Below are positions 37,278 to 50,300 of a stretch of 64,000 nt of DNA, piece after piece. Source of the DNA: Diadema antillarum (Eukaryota); assembly GCF_040938485.1 (NCBI RefSeq), contig NW_027271066.1:124001-188000 (forward strand), in the 5' to 3' direction. Positions within the stretch are counted from its first letter, which is position 1, and each line of letters starts with the position of its first letter. The translations under genes were made by a program, and so were the position numbers. The notes beneath the pieces were generated by a model, which was given only the letters and a program-made list of their open reading frames with translations, searched no databases and was not told where the DNA came from.

Positions 37278-39379
37278 TCAGTGTTTGGCACAGCCCGGAC
37301 CACCCTTACCGCCGGCGCACCCAGCACCGCTCGCTGGGCCACAGTTGCTTCCGGGTGCGTCGCATCCTCCATTGCCTCCACCGTTCCCGTTCCCGGCCCC
37401 GATACCATTCCCACTGCCGCTGCCACTTCCTTTGCTCCCTCCACCACCGTTGTCACCACTTTTCCCGTTGCCGTCTCCATTCCCGTTGTCACCGTTACCG
37501 TTGTCACCGTTACCGTTGCCATCTCCATTGCCGTTGTCACCATTGCCATGACCATTATCACCATTATCGCCATTATCGCCATTACCATTTCCATCGTGAC
37601 CGTTCTCTCCGCTTATGTCACCAGTCGGGACTCCTGGAGCAGGTGCAAAGGCAGGTACCCTTGGTACTGGCCTGCCCGGAACTGGCGCCCTCGGTGCGGC
37701 TGGTCTACCTGGAACTGGGACCCTCGGTTGGGCTGGTACTGGAGGTGAGGGGGCACGGGGTGGAAAGGGTGGGCGAGGAGCGGGAACAGGAACCGGAACA
37801 GGAACAGGAGCAGCGGCAGGAGCCCCTGCTGCAAAGCCCGGAACAGCTGGAACAGAGGGAGCTGGTGCGGCAGAGCCAGATCGACCCCAAGATGTACCAC
37901 TTCCTCCTTGTCCATCTGCTGAGCCCGATGAACCACCGGTCGTGGCACCACACTCTGCGCTGCTGTCACCCGCATCGCAACCGTTGGCACCACCTGATCA
38001 AAGGGGAAAAATAATCTTAGTTATTAGATTGAGTTCATATACAATGACAATAATGTATTTGGGTTAGGCGCAGTATGTACATGAACACTGAATATAAATA
38101 TCAGACATGTGCCATAAGGCTAAGTGTACTAAAAGTCATACCAAATGTCATACAGACATTAGTTTTGTTTTCAGTATTCTGTCATGTATCGGCCCGTGCT
38201 TAATCTTGTTTTCATAAGACACAGGCACAACAACCTTGCAATAGACACATGTAAGTTAAGAATTCCAAATACTTTAAGACGGTGATCTTGATCTCCTACC
38301 TGCGCCTCGTGAGGTTCCTGCCCCTCCTGCCCCTCCTGCGCTAACGCCGCCACCAACTCTAGCCGCTCCAAAGGCAAAGGTACCCGCGCCAGTAGCGGAA
38401 GCCACACACCCAGTGTCTCCCCCTCCGTCACAGTCACCTCCAGCACCTGCTACCTCAGCTCCATCTCCTCCTCCTCCTCCTCCTCCATTTCCGCCCTCTG
38501 TCGCTCCAGTCCCACTCCCTCCGTCTCCTCCGCTCCCAGACTCGCTGCTGCTGTCGCCCGAACTCCCTCCAGAACCTCCAGAAGTACCGCTTCCTCCACC
38601 TCCACCACCTGATCCGCCGTCGGCGCTACCCTCTGCACCACTCTTGCCATTTCCATCTCCACCCCCATCTCCGCCACCATCAACACCACCGGCATCCGGT
38701 CCATCATGGTCTGCACCAGCACCGGCCACGGCATAAGTTCCCCGTCTGTCACCTACGTGACCCACTGCTGCACTACCACCACCACCACACCCGAATCCGG
38801 GATTCACACCTGTGCAGCTTCCGCCTGTTGCAGGGTCAAAAAAATGAAATGAAAACGTGTACATTCTTTCGAAATCACTAACGAAACTCTGCACAAATGA
38901 AAAAAAAATCAAACAAACCAAAACACACGCACACACACACATCCACATCCACATCCACATACACTGAAAAGTTCTCTTTGAGCTTCGTGAGTTGTATGCG
39001 AAGCCAGATAGTGGTACATGTATTCGCAAATTAATGACCTAACTCACCGGAATGCTTGTATCGAATGTTAGCTAGCATAGATCCCTTACACATACAATAA
39101 CTGGTTACTTTTCAATACGAGTCTCACTTTAAGCACAGATGGAACTCACTGAGACAAAGTTAATCGGTTTCGGAGATTATTGTCAAAAATTCATTGTGAC
39201 AAAGTCTCCATTATTTTTTCAGCCAAACATTTCTGGTCAGCAGGGTGATGAATTTCACAGAAATTAGACAGCACGATCATTAAAAAGGATTATTGACACT
39301 TACGACTTGGGGCTGCTAGAGCTCTCGAGATGAATAATCCTACACAGAGTATGGCGACCAGGTTCGTAGAGATGCCCAT
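37278..39379 (-). CDS. Gene D: secreted mosaic of Gly/Asp/Ser-rich, Pro/Val/Arg-rich and Gly/Asn/Asp-rich blocks with paired cysteines and no Kazal domain, 438 aa
   Basis: Coding exons 39379-39304 (MGISTNLVAILCVGLFISRALAAPS+C), 38824-38300 and 37993-37278 (GGANGCDAGDSSAEC...PRVPVPGRPAAPRAP...GDNGDNG...GCAGGKGGPGCAKH*). Phase 1, 1317 nt in frame. Donor GTGAGT at 37244, acceptor before 36241, AATAAA candidates at 35899-35872. The true Gly-rich frame of the last exon is absent from the ORF track because it has no start codon. Confidence 0.8.
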
Positions 39380-39870
39380 CTTTGTAGCAACCTGCAAAAA
39401 AGATAAACCAAAGAAGCGATTATTAGTGTGGGAGGGATGTCTTATTGCATTTGCCAGCTACCTCTCAAGATCTAGGATTATCAGTGGAGAGTGACGTGCA
39501 AGACACACAATAATTGCAATGATGATTTTATGCAGCAGAAAAGTAACAATTTTGATAGTTACATTCGAAGTCACAAGAATGAATGACTCTTATTTGATAA
39601 CCATCACAACGAACTGTTTTTCTTTCATTTCAATTACAATAATTACCAAGAATATCAAAATCATAATGCAGCTATTTTTTTAAGCAATCTTCCTGCCTGA
39701 ACTGCTGATGGTAGTTACTTAAGAGTTATTACACTTATTTTTCCAGCTGAAAATCGTTTACTGGTATATCTTGTTGCATATTCAATATGTACACTTAGAA
39801 AGAAATGAAAATACATAAATTAATCTGCACTACTGCAAGCAACGATAAATTCATACAAAGTTTGCGTTAC

Positions 39871-39999
39871 CTACCAGTTTGCTTCACTATATGCCGTATT
39901 TCACTATCACGCCGCCTTTCTTCCTTCTTGTTCAGTTTTCCTTTCCACAGATTCTTCGAAGAACTGATGAGACAGTCTCTGACCGATCCAGTATTTATA
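39871..39999 (-). promoter_or_regulatory. TATA box and non-coding first exon of gene D
   Basis: TATAAATA at 39999-39992; donor GTAGGT or GTAACG at 39874/39870; acceptor TTTTTTGCAG with exon start at 39391, 12 nt before the ATG. Confidence 0.65.
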
Positions 40000-42736
40000 C
40001 CGTTGCAAACTTCATTTAACAGCCAAACATTAATCATGTTATCAAAATGGCTGATGTAAAGTCGAAACATGAACATATGTTTCTGTCAAAATTAAAGAAA
40101 AATGTTTTGGTCGAATTGTAGGGACGTTTGTCCTTTTGATTGACAGTATAATGAATTACAAACAGTTGTGATTCTTTGCGAAATAAGTAGTAGTAGCAAT
40201 GTAAGTCTATCTCATGGTCATCTGAGATTTCATCGTAAGAAACAGCAGCATGGACACTGAAATCACTTGATTAATTTTAACGCAATCTCAAGTGCTTTGC
40301 TTGACCCAAGATAGAGATACTCGAGTGTCATTTAATTAGGAGGGAATTAACGGAAGTAGCTGTCCTCCTGAACAAATGCGCCGGGGATCAATCGACAGCC
40401 ATTCGGCCCCCGCCTAGGAACCTGTTCATGCGCTTGGCTCACTTTGCAAATGATTCCCCAACGTCAGTGTAAAGTCACTGATAATATAAACAAGCAGTAT
40501 TTTTCTTTTATGTTTCTTTCTATTCAACAAAGGCTGCGTTCATTTCAATGGCTATGCTCAATTTTTTTTTCTTCGTTTCTTATTGTTTTCATGTGCAGAG
40601 ATGAGGAACAGAAAGTTTCGTAGAAGACCGAATTTAAGTAAATACAAAAATGTCAATGTACCTTTTCCAAGATGTTTAAATGAATGCCGTATAATCACTG
40701 CCGCTTGTTTATGCGATTGCACAATTATTGACTTGGCACAAAATAATGGCGAATCTTCAAAGATGATTTAAGAGTGGGTTTCATATTCAACAGGTATCAA
40801 ATGTAATCATTTATACCACTAAGCTTGTGAAAATACCCAGTCAGCCTTCTTTTTTTTTTCAGTTAACATGGTTCTGTCACATCATTGTAAACTATGATGC
40901 GAAAATTTGACCATGGTGTACTCACGCCAATAACTGAAAACTCAAAATGACTTGACTATCAAGGTGGAGCAGTTTGCTTACCCGACATCTAAGTCGGTAT
41001 ATAAAAACGAATGCACCACATATTACATGAGATATATAAACTATAGTGGATGGGTATAGACGTGAATGTGTATGTGTATGTGTGTGTGTGTTCTTTTCTT
41101 CTTCTTCTTCTTCTTTTTTTTTTACCTCAGACAGTTTATGGGGAATAGAGGCTCTTTAACATGAATGAGATCTCAAACCAGTCAATATTTGCTTGAATCA
41201 CATGGCGGACTTCGGTTGATTGGTGTTTTTATGGCTAGGAGTTTTCAGTGACGAATCAAGACATAAAGTTCCTGCGAATATTCATTAATTAAACATTGTG
41301 ACAGATTAAAAAAAAAGAGAGATGGATGCAATCTGGCTCTTAAAGCCCGATATCTAAATACGAGCTAAAGTGAAATCTTATGGAAATTAGAGCGTAAAAA
41401 ATAGTCTACTTAATCAAAAAATAGTGAAACTCTAAACCATCCTCATCTAAAATATCATTAGAATATGCAAAAGTCACATTGTACTTTACTTTCTTTATAT
41501 TCAAATGTCATATTGTATACTTTCGTCGGAAATGAAATAAGATGAAAATGAAATTAAATGAAAATCCCAACTTAGCATAATTTTGCCATTGGCGGAAAGA
41601 AACATAATGCACTTTTACCATCAAGCTCAAGCTCACATTTCTAAAATGTTCGAGGAACGTACATAATTGTTACTAAATAAACTTAAATTAAAACAGTAGC
41701 TGCAACATGACTTGTGCCAATTAAGACCCAGAAATTCGAGAACAACATTCTCATATTGCCAATTTCTGAATATTTTTGTCAAATTTAAGGTGTTCTTATT
41801 ATATCATTCAACTTTTCTCTATCATATATGACAATGGCATAGACCTTACAGGCTCTCGAAAAAAGTATTCTCATATTGCAAATTCATTAATATATTTTCC
41901 AAATTTTAAATATTCTTAGTATCATTACACTTTTCTCTATCGTAAATATATGACAATAGTATAGATCTTACATGCCCAAGTGTTGTAGCTGATGAATCAT
42001 TCGTTTACAAGAAAGTCGGTTAGATTTGAGGTTATACTGACAAGTAGCATGTGCCCTTAGTGTTGGGGCGACTTTATTTTGGTTGCTTGTCAATGCTTGT
42101 CATGAAATCACAACACTGTGGAATTTCTTTGTGGTAATTGCAACAAGTTGAAATGCAACTGAAGCACGAACGTATTCGTGATTTGGTAGATATTAGCTAG
42201 GGGATCATGATCGTTTACATTTTCGCCTTTCTCCGTGTATTTCTTGGACATATGGGCTTACATGTAGCCTGAGATCCGCATTTGACCGTGCTAGGACGAA
42301 GAAACTGTTGGCCTCCCACCAAATTTGCTGATCTCGGAAAAAGTGGACGCAAATATCCTGGGTGATAATCACTGTGCAGGGACGAAGAAAAATGCGCTGT
42401 GGACCATATGCAAATCAGCATGTCGAGCTGTGAATGGGTTCATCGGCTGTTTCATGGAGGGACTGAAACTGGCAGATATTATGAAAATATTATATTATGG
42501 TGATTTTTCGTTTCTGTAGATCCTTTTGCCTGTCCATCCCTTCACTGTGTATAGATGATGCTCCGATTTTCATTATTTTAAAAAAAGCGATAAAGATTAT
42601 GGCGGGTGGGGGGGGGGGGGGGGGGGGGCGAGTGCCCAGAATAGTATTTCCTTTTGTCCTCATATTATTATGTCTGAAGAATTTTACTCTCAGCTGTTCT
42701 CTTGTCGTTTCATAGTCATTCACTTTGAACCACTTT

Positions 42737-43025
42737 GGGGGCGCTGTGGCATAGTGGATAAGACTCCCGACTCCCGATCGGAGGACCCGAGTTCGAATCC
42801 CACCCAGTACTTACGTCCTTGGACAAGATGTTTTTACCCACTATGTCCCTCTCGACCCAGGTGTATAAATGGATACCTGGCAATGCTAGGGTAATAATAA
42901 TAATAGGGCCCTCTGGTAGAGCAGTGGCAACACTGAAGAGGCTACCCTGGGTTAACAAGACCTTATCATTATTATTAGCATTATTATCATTATCATTTTT
43001 TTAAAACTATAATTATTATTATTAT
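42737..43025 (+). mobile_element. tRNA-derived SINE
   Basis: tRNA-like head with A box TGGCATAGTGG and B box GAGTTCGAATCC; central GTCCTTGGACAAG...CCCAGGTGTATAAATGGATACC resembling conserved SINE core domains; (ATT)n-like tail. Confidence 0.8.
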
Positions 43026-43386
43026 ACCAAAAATAAAAATAAAAACAAAACAAAAACAAGATTAAAAAAAAAACAGTCTTCCTGTCGGGCTAACCAGACA
43101 GAATCTAATTGCCAACATTCACCTCTACGAGCTACTGTCACTATACTGATGTGCCCCTACATAGGATACGCAGCAAGCCATCCTCTCCCAACCCCCACCC
43201 CGAATCAACATTTCAACATTTTTCTCCATATTATGCCGTTCCCTGAAGTATAGGCGCACTACTCTACTGCAAACATCACATTCGACGAGTCGATGTCCAT
43301 CGTACATGAAATATGCCATTGGCTTCCGGAATATACGGGCCCATCGTGTAATAATGCTAAGGTGAGATATCATCAGGTATATATTA

Positions 43387-43599
43387 NNNNNNNNNNNNNN
43401 NNNNNNNNNNNNNNNNNNNNNNNNNNNNNNNNNNNNNNNNNNNNNNNNNNNNNNNNNNNNNNNNNNNNNNNNNNNNNNNNNNNNNNNNNNNNNNNNNNNN
43501 NNNNNNNNNNNNNNNNNNNNNNNNNNNNNNNNNNNNNNNNNNNNNNNNNNNNNNNNNNNNNNNNNNNNNNNNNNNNNNNNNNNNNNNNNNNNNNNNNNN
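43387..43599. other. Assembly gap (213 N)
   Basis: Run of N. Confidence 0.99.
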
Positions 43600-44857
43600 G
43601 CATCTCATTTTGATATTCATGTGATCATATGTGAGGAGATGATACACATACATCAAAATAACCTTTGTTGTACTTCGGGCAAATAGATCTCTCACCTTTC
43701 ATAAATTCTTATTGCCTGAAACTAAAAATAAGAAAATAGAAAAGAGCAAAAGTAATAATTGCTCATTAATCTTGTCATTAATCTAAGCCTAGTTGTTTAT
43801 TTTGAAGCTTATTTTCTTAAATCTGGGGTTGCATGGGCTGTCGATACTATGAATTAAGATGTTTTCGCAACAACATTAAATAGAACAAACGGGTAGACAT
43901 TATGATCTTAATGGACATGTCAGATTTTTATTTTTAAAATACTGCTTCACTTTTTTTCTTTAGATCTTAAAAGAAAAGAAAAAGGAGGGAGCCCTGGCTC
44001 TGAATTCCATGATATTACAAATAAATATGATACAATATGATATACTTTACTATGCTATACTATGATATGATATGATATAATATAATGTAATACAATATAA
44101 TATAATATAATATGATATAACAATATAATGACGTATAAGATAATATGAAATGATATATATATGTAATAATAATAATAATGATAATGATAATAATGTATAC
44201 AAATATATACATATATATATATATATATATAATATATATATATATATATCATTGTGAGGACTAGCTTACTTACTTTTGAACAAAAAACAGTTCCCACTCG
44301 GATCAACATTACAGCAAAAAAAAAAGAATAATAAATCTATAAATCAATTTGTTCATGAACACAGAGCACACTCAGGCATAGAGTTTAACAAACCGTTTTA
44401 GCTGCGATTCTATCGGAGCAATCTCGCTCTGTGAAGTTAACTTAAAGACGTATGTAAGAGAGCTTAGGCAAGATCTCGTAACTTGCGAGGCACTGAGCTA
44501 AGTTTCACAGCTGTTGACCGTGAAGTTATATCTCTGCGGGGCTCAGTGAACTACCAAGTGAAACTAGCATATACATGTATTATGACGACGATGTACGTTT
44601 GGCAAATTTCGGAATGAATTGTGTTCTGTATTGTACAATTGTATTGAACAGTAGCATGGAACTTAGTGGTGTAAAATAGTGTTCTTTCATCGACAGGCCT
44701 CGTCTAATGCTGTTACAAACTGCAGACATCATGTGATTATCGTCATAAAAATGATATTCAAATATATATAGATATATATATTTCAAATATGTATTACTAT
44801 TAATTGATTTGTAAATGTATGTTACAAATGTAATCTTGTGAGGAAACTTAATAAATG

Positions 44858-44908
<51 letters not shown>

Positions 44909-46966
44909 ACACAGAATGTTTTCCCAAAACATTCGTGCGTTCAGTCTCAGAATAATGCCGCACACGGGGGATTTATACCATGGCGCATACAGAGTTAATA
45001 GGAGTATATGCATTCAAATGTGCATACAAATAAGCAAACCTACAGTAACTTTGAAATAACGAACTATAAAAAAAAGTTATAGAGCGCACTGATATATCCA
45101 GCGATTAAGAATTTCGCGATAAAGCTTTTACTTGCGGCTATAAAATTGATGTTAGTATTCTGAAACAGTCGTCTGACTGTCAATGAATAAAAAAAATGAA
45201 AGGAAATATAGATTGCTACCATATTGTCAAAACGACTGTCACGTGACTTTTATTTTCTAACCGAGAGCCCATTTCCAATCGTCCTTGATATTTTGACACG
45301 ATTGAAATAACAAATTTTGTGACTGTAAACGAACCAGCACCCAGTTGTAACGGTCTTAAACTTTGCAAAAATGCATATGCAAATTTTACGTGTCTTCCTG
45401 GGTGATAAAAACTAAATGTAGCTATACGTTGTATGCACTGTATTATGGCAACACCATTGATCCTTTCACGTCTTCACTAAAATGCATTTCCAAAAATGTA
45501 ATTGTAAGCCTAGCGTGCATCCATCACATGAAAGTATATTTCACTATACTTGTGACAACATTCGGGCGTACATGATGTTCCTTTTTTTTTTCGGGGGGGG
45601 GGGGGGAGAAAAACATGTGGGGAAAAAAAAACCTAAGACTAGCAGAAAAATAAATAAACCAAAGTATGAAGTATGACGCTATGATGAAATCACACATCTC
45701 TTGTAACCAAACAGTCATGTAGATATCCTTATTTGTGTAAATGCCGACAGACAGAATTTAGTACATTGGACACTAAAATGAATCTGAATCTCTGAGTCTG
45801 AATCTGAATCGCTTCATAAAAAGAGGTCCAAGTGTTGCAAACTACCAAGGATTAGTAGTTTGAGACTATGTTCTGTTGAACTAAATTTAAACTGTATGCT
45901 TTCTTTATGACTTAATGATGTTCATTCTGCTCTGATCGATACTTCCTTTTTCATTCAGCCTCAGGACAGATGAATAATAAACCAGGTTCTTGATATAATG
46001 CATTATCTGTTGTGATTTTATGTTGTTTGTTTGTGAATGTGTGTGCGCGCACGCGCATTGTGAACACTTTCTGTTGTGACAGAAGGGACAAATCAATACC
46101 ACACTTTAGTCCATCTGTGGAACAGGCAGCGGTTGCCGCCGTCTAGGAAGATGAGGAATATCTCTTTCAGTTTCGTTACGTTGATCATCACGTGATCATC
46201 ACTGACGTCAGCGTGCGATCACAATACTTCAGGGTTCACTGAAGGTCATATTCTTTGATATCGATCAGAGATGTTTAAGAACTACAGAAGGCCAAATGTA
46301 TAATGTAATAGCCGTGACAGAGCTATCAAGACATCCCGAAGTTTGAAGCCTCTATAAAAGCAGCCCTTTCCAGTGCATCCTACATGTAACCCATTTTATG
46401 AAAGAATTACTGAATTAAAAGATATATGGATATATGCATGTGTTTATACTTATTAGATAAAATGAATGTAGATTTAAATATGGATGCGGTAAATGTTATG
46501 TATATAATTTTGTATATATCAATATACACATTATATATATGTAAGAAACGTGCTGTGTGTGGTGATTTATTGATACACAGATTACATAATAATGTGTAAT
46601 ATCTAAGCAATGCTTTATATACAAATCATTTGATAAGTATAAGAGCATAACCATTCTTATTGCAAGTTTCTTAATAACTCTGTGTTGTTGTTTTTTTTTA
46701 CTGTTATCAATATATTCGAGATGATTCAATTTACTAAAGCACATACATACCGAACAGCACACAGGCATATATCAATTCACATATACTTTTCTACCTTTGA
46801 GTGATTGGATTATTGAGTTGAATTTGAAATGTCATATTCTCAAAATTGAAGAGAAAAAAAACCCACAAAATTATGATACAAAGATCATGAAATTATTTAG
46901 ACGGGTCTTATGAGTCATCATCAATCATTAAACATTTACTCTGCAACAAATAGGCCTATACACATC

Positions 46967-47338
46967 TTAAAGGCGTTGTTTATCATTAGGAGCAGTGATT
47001 TTAAAAATGTTCAAGATATCACCTTTGATGCATAGGTGTGGGTCAGTTAAATCACAAAACATCCTACAATATAATATTTTTTCATTAAAGCCTAATATAT
47101 AAGGAGATACCACTATTTTTCTCATTAAACGGTAACTGTAGACGGTTTAGTCTGGAATCATGTTTATTATAATTATTGTTCACATGTTGTACATTTAACA
47201 ATACTTAACATTAATCATATTGATTCAAAATTTTATATTGGTTGCTTTTGTCCCTAACTGACCTTTCAGAACTATTTTGAAGCACTAAACCTGTTTTTTT
47301 TTTTTGTTTCATCTGCAAATGGTAGATGATGCCTTTAA
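46967..47338. mobile_element. Non-autonomous TTAA-flanked DNA element (Kolobok-like), copy 2
   Basis: TTAAAGGCGTTGTTTATCATT...AAATGGTAGATGATGCCTTTAA; homologous to 23469-23824. Confidence 0.75.
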
Positions 47339-50300
47339 AAATGACGTCCTAGTCACAAGCAACTCTCATTTACACTTTACTTTGGCGACTTTATAGCCTA
47401 CTAACAGAGTAACAGTCAGGTTTTTTTTTTTTATTTACAATCGGCAAAAATAAAATAAAACTAAAAAGTTGATTCAGCCTCCGCTCGGCATCCTTCGTTC
47501 CTCATCATTGACCCCCAAGCAACCCCATAGATAGGGATCTTCCCCCACATCCACATCTGTTCTGATGACCTTATTCCAATGGCACGCTAGTTGATCCACC
47601 CTGAGCCCCGAGTGATGCACAAGTGACGTCCCCTCCCCTCCCCCTCCCCTTCCGCTCCTCGTCCTATGACTTCCATTCTGACGCTAATACATGACGCATC
47701 CGTTTTGAACTTGACTCATCGTCACCGACCTTGATCGACAGCAATAAATATGCGCCGTGGAAGTCACATGATAGCTATGGAGCGTTTTGATTCGTCACGA
47801 TCTTTCTGCACAAGTGAATGGTACTACTCGTACGTCTTCGCGCACGTCCTGTAGATTTCACTTTTATCCAGACTTATTTTCAGTACACAAGCATGACTTT
47901 CAGTTCCCGTATCCCTGCGCATGTTACACTTCACTTTGCAGTGCCGATTGAGATGGGATTGCGTATTACGTCTACAGCAGAGAACGGGTTATAGTCTTGC
48001 ATCTGCAGTTTTATTTTTTTTTTCCGACGATTAGACGTAAGCACTTGTTAACATTCCGCGCTCGATAAACATGAGATTTCAACACGCCAGTAACGTTCTT
48101 CGTTTAATGAACATTCTCACAAGAGTTTCAAACTCCAACAGCGAAGGGTTTGCACATGAAGTAAGTTCTTTGCAATGTCTACATAGTGTACATTATTGCG
48201 TAATCTTGTCAGTCTATTTCTTTCTGATGTCAGTTGTTTCTATGGCGTTTTGAAATTGACTTCTTGTTTCCAAATGTTTTAAATCCTCAGCACGGTTGAC
48301 TGCATCCAAACTTTAAATTTTTCTCAAATTTGTGTAAAATGTTGCGTCTCACCGTTTTTTAAGCCATACCTGACGAATGAGTAACTTTCAAAATTAGAAA
48401 ATCGATTTTTGGCGACTACATCAGTTTTCTGTGACGGGTCACACGCACATGCATCACCCAACTCTTCCACAAACACACATCTTTACATTCGTATGCTTTT
48501 ATCTATCAATAATTCTCCTGATAAAACTCTGAAGACAAATGATATGAAGTAGAATGACACGACAAAGAGAGACGACAATATTGATCAATCTTGAAAAAAT
48601 TCATTGGCATTTTAATGGCGTTTGCACAAAAGAGCAGGCATGCCACTAGATAATGGTGTTTGATTATTGTTATCAGAACAGGGAAACACCACGTGTTTGC
48701 TAATTTAGCACCGCAAGACTTTAATAGAGTGAGAAGAAATAAGAAAGATTGCATATTGTCGAATAAACCAGGTACCACATGATACATTTTTGAAGTTTAT
48801 CCGTCTAAAACAAAATAAGACTCTGTGGTCTCGAAAAACAAGCAAGCAGACAAGTATATCATGCTTAAATATCAATAATCAACATTATTATGGGAGTATC
48901 ATGGTAAACAGAAATACATAAAAGTGTAATGGAAGTTTCATCAAAGGTTTGTACTCAACACGCATAGGCTACACAATAAGAAATACAGACACCACAATCC
49001 AATCCAACATATTAAAGTGTATATGCACGCGCCAGTTGCTCTAAAACAAAGTGTAGATTGAATTATTACCTTATCAACACCAACACCAAAGTTACCCAAA
49101 CCGAGTTTCTCTCTACGAATAATTTAGATTATAATTTTTGTGCTTACTCGGAAATATTTCAATCTTTTAGTCAATTAACAAATTGGTGTGCAAAAATTTG
49201 TCGTATTCTGTTGTTGTGTTTTGTGCCATCTCTTAGAAAAGGTAACACGTCAAGAAAGCTCTTACAGTTACATGCCATGCAAGCAGCGAGTTTAAACCCA
49301 TGCATGACTGCCAAGGCAACTTTGGCAGGATACAATTATGACGGCTTAACCGCTCGAAAGATGTCTGGTTATCAAAACAGTGGAAGTTGTAAGGAAAAAT
49401 GAAACATATCTCTGTGAACATTGCTGGCAAAGAGAAAAACAACAACAAAAGATAAACCTCGCAATTATGATATAACGTTGTTTTGCCATTTAGATGTTGC
49501 AACATTACTATCTTATCGATCCCACAGTCAACAAAATGAAAGCAAAACGTCCCCAATTTTCCCTTTGTTATGAACGCAACATTATCGTGACTACAGTTCC
49601 ATGATTTTTTTTTTCGTTTGTTTGTTTTTTTCTCTGCAAATGCATTGCTACAGATGGGGAGAAAACTAGAATTATTACAGATTGCGTATATTCAGCGACA
49701 CATTACATGTATTGAAAACGCTAGACAGAATAATGTTATAAAATTCAAGTCAATGAATGCATTGTACAAGAAGTACTTGACAATGGTGTTCTACGTATGA
49801 TATCCACACATGAATGATGAATGTCGAACTTCACAAGTTTGCAGTCAAGTTTTACGCAACTTCACATTCCTCTCTCATTCACACTGTTCTCTTGTACTGT
49901 CCAAGCCAACTACCGACCCACATGTCCTTTCTGAAATCTGACTATCCAGCGAGATATCCAGTTGGCCGTATACTTTAGGTGACACTGCACAATTTAGAAG
50001 CAATCTCTGCAGTGTTTCAACCGACTTTGATGTGGGCGAAATGTTTTCTCCTCCCGTAAGCCGAGTTTGAGTGGGTGAGTTTGGTGAGCGCCATACATTA
50101 TCTCAGTTAAAACGAGTTGAGTGTGGGCGATAAGTTTGCTTGTGAATATATGACGCGGAGATTGAGTAGGCGAGTGTGGTGAAAGTGATAAATCGTCTCC
50201 GGACAACGTAGACCGACTTTGCGTGGGCAAAACGCTGCCAGTCCTTTGGAGACGAAACGCTATACAGGAATATAGACTCCGATTGGAGACTGGAGCACTT

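Noticed and set aside
38945-39000. Possible micro-exon in gene D that could restore an R-X-X-R site
   Set aside because: No AG...GT pair there gives a length divisible by 3 with a credible donor.
24669-39379. Similarity to sea urchin 185/333 (Transformer) immune genes because of the Gly-rich N-termini
   Set aside because: Those genes have two exons and a His-rich C-terminal region; these have 3-4 coding exons, Kazal domains and paired Cys, and no His-rich region.
42737-42810. Possible tRNA gene
   Set aside because: A and B boxes are present, but the sequence continues into a SINE core and tail and I could not fold a convincing cloverleaf.
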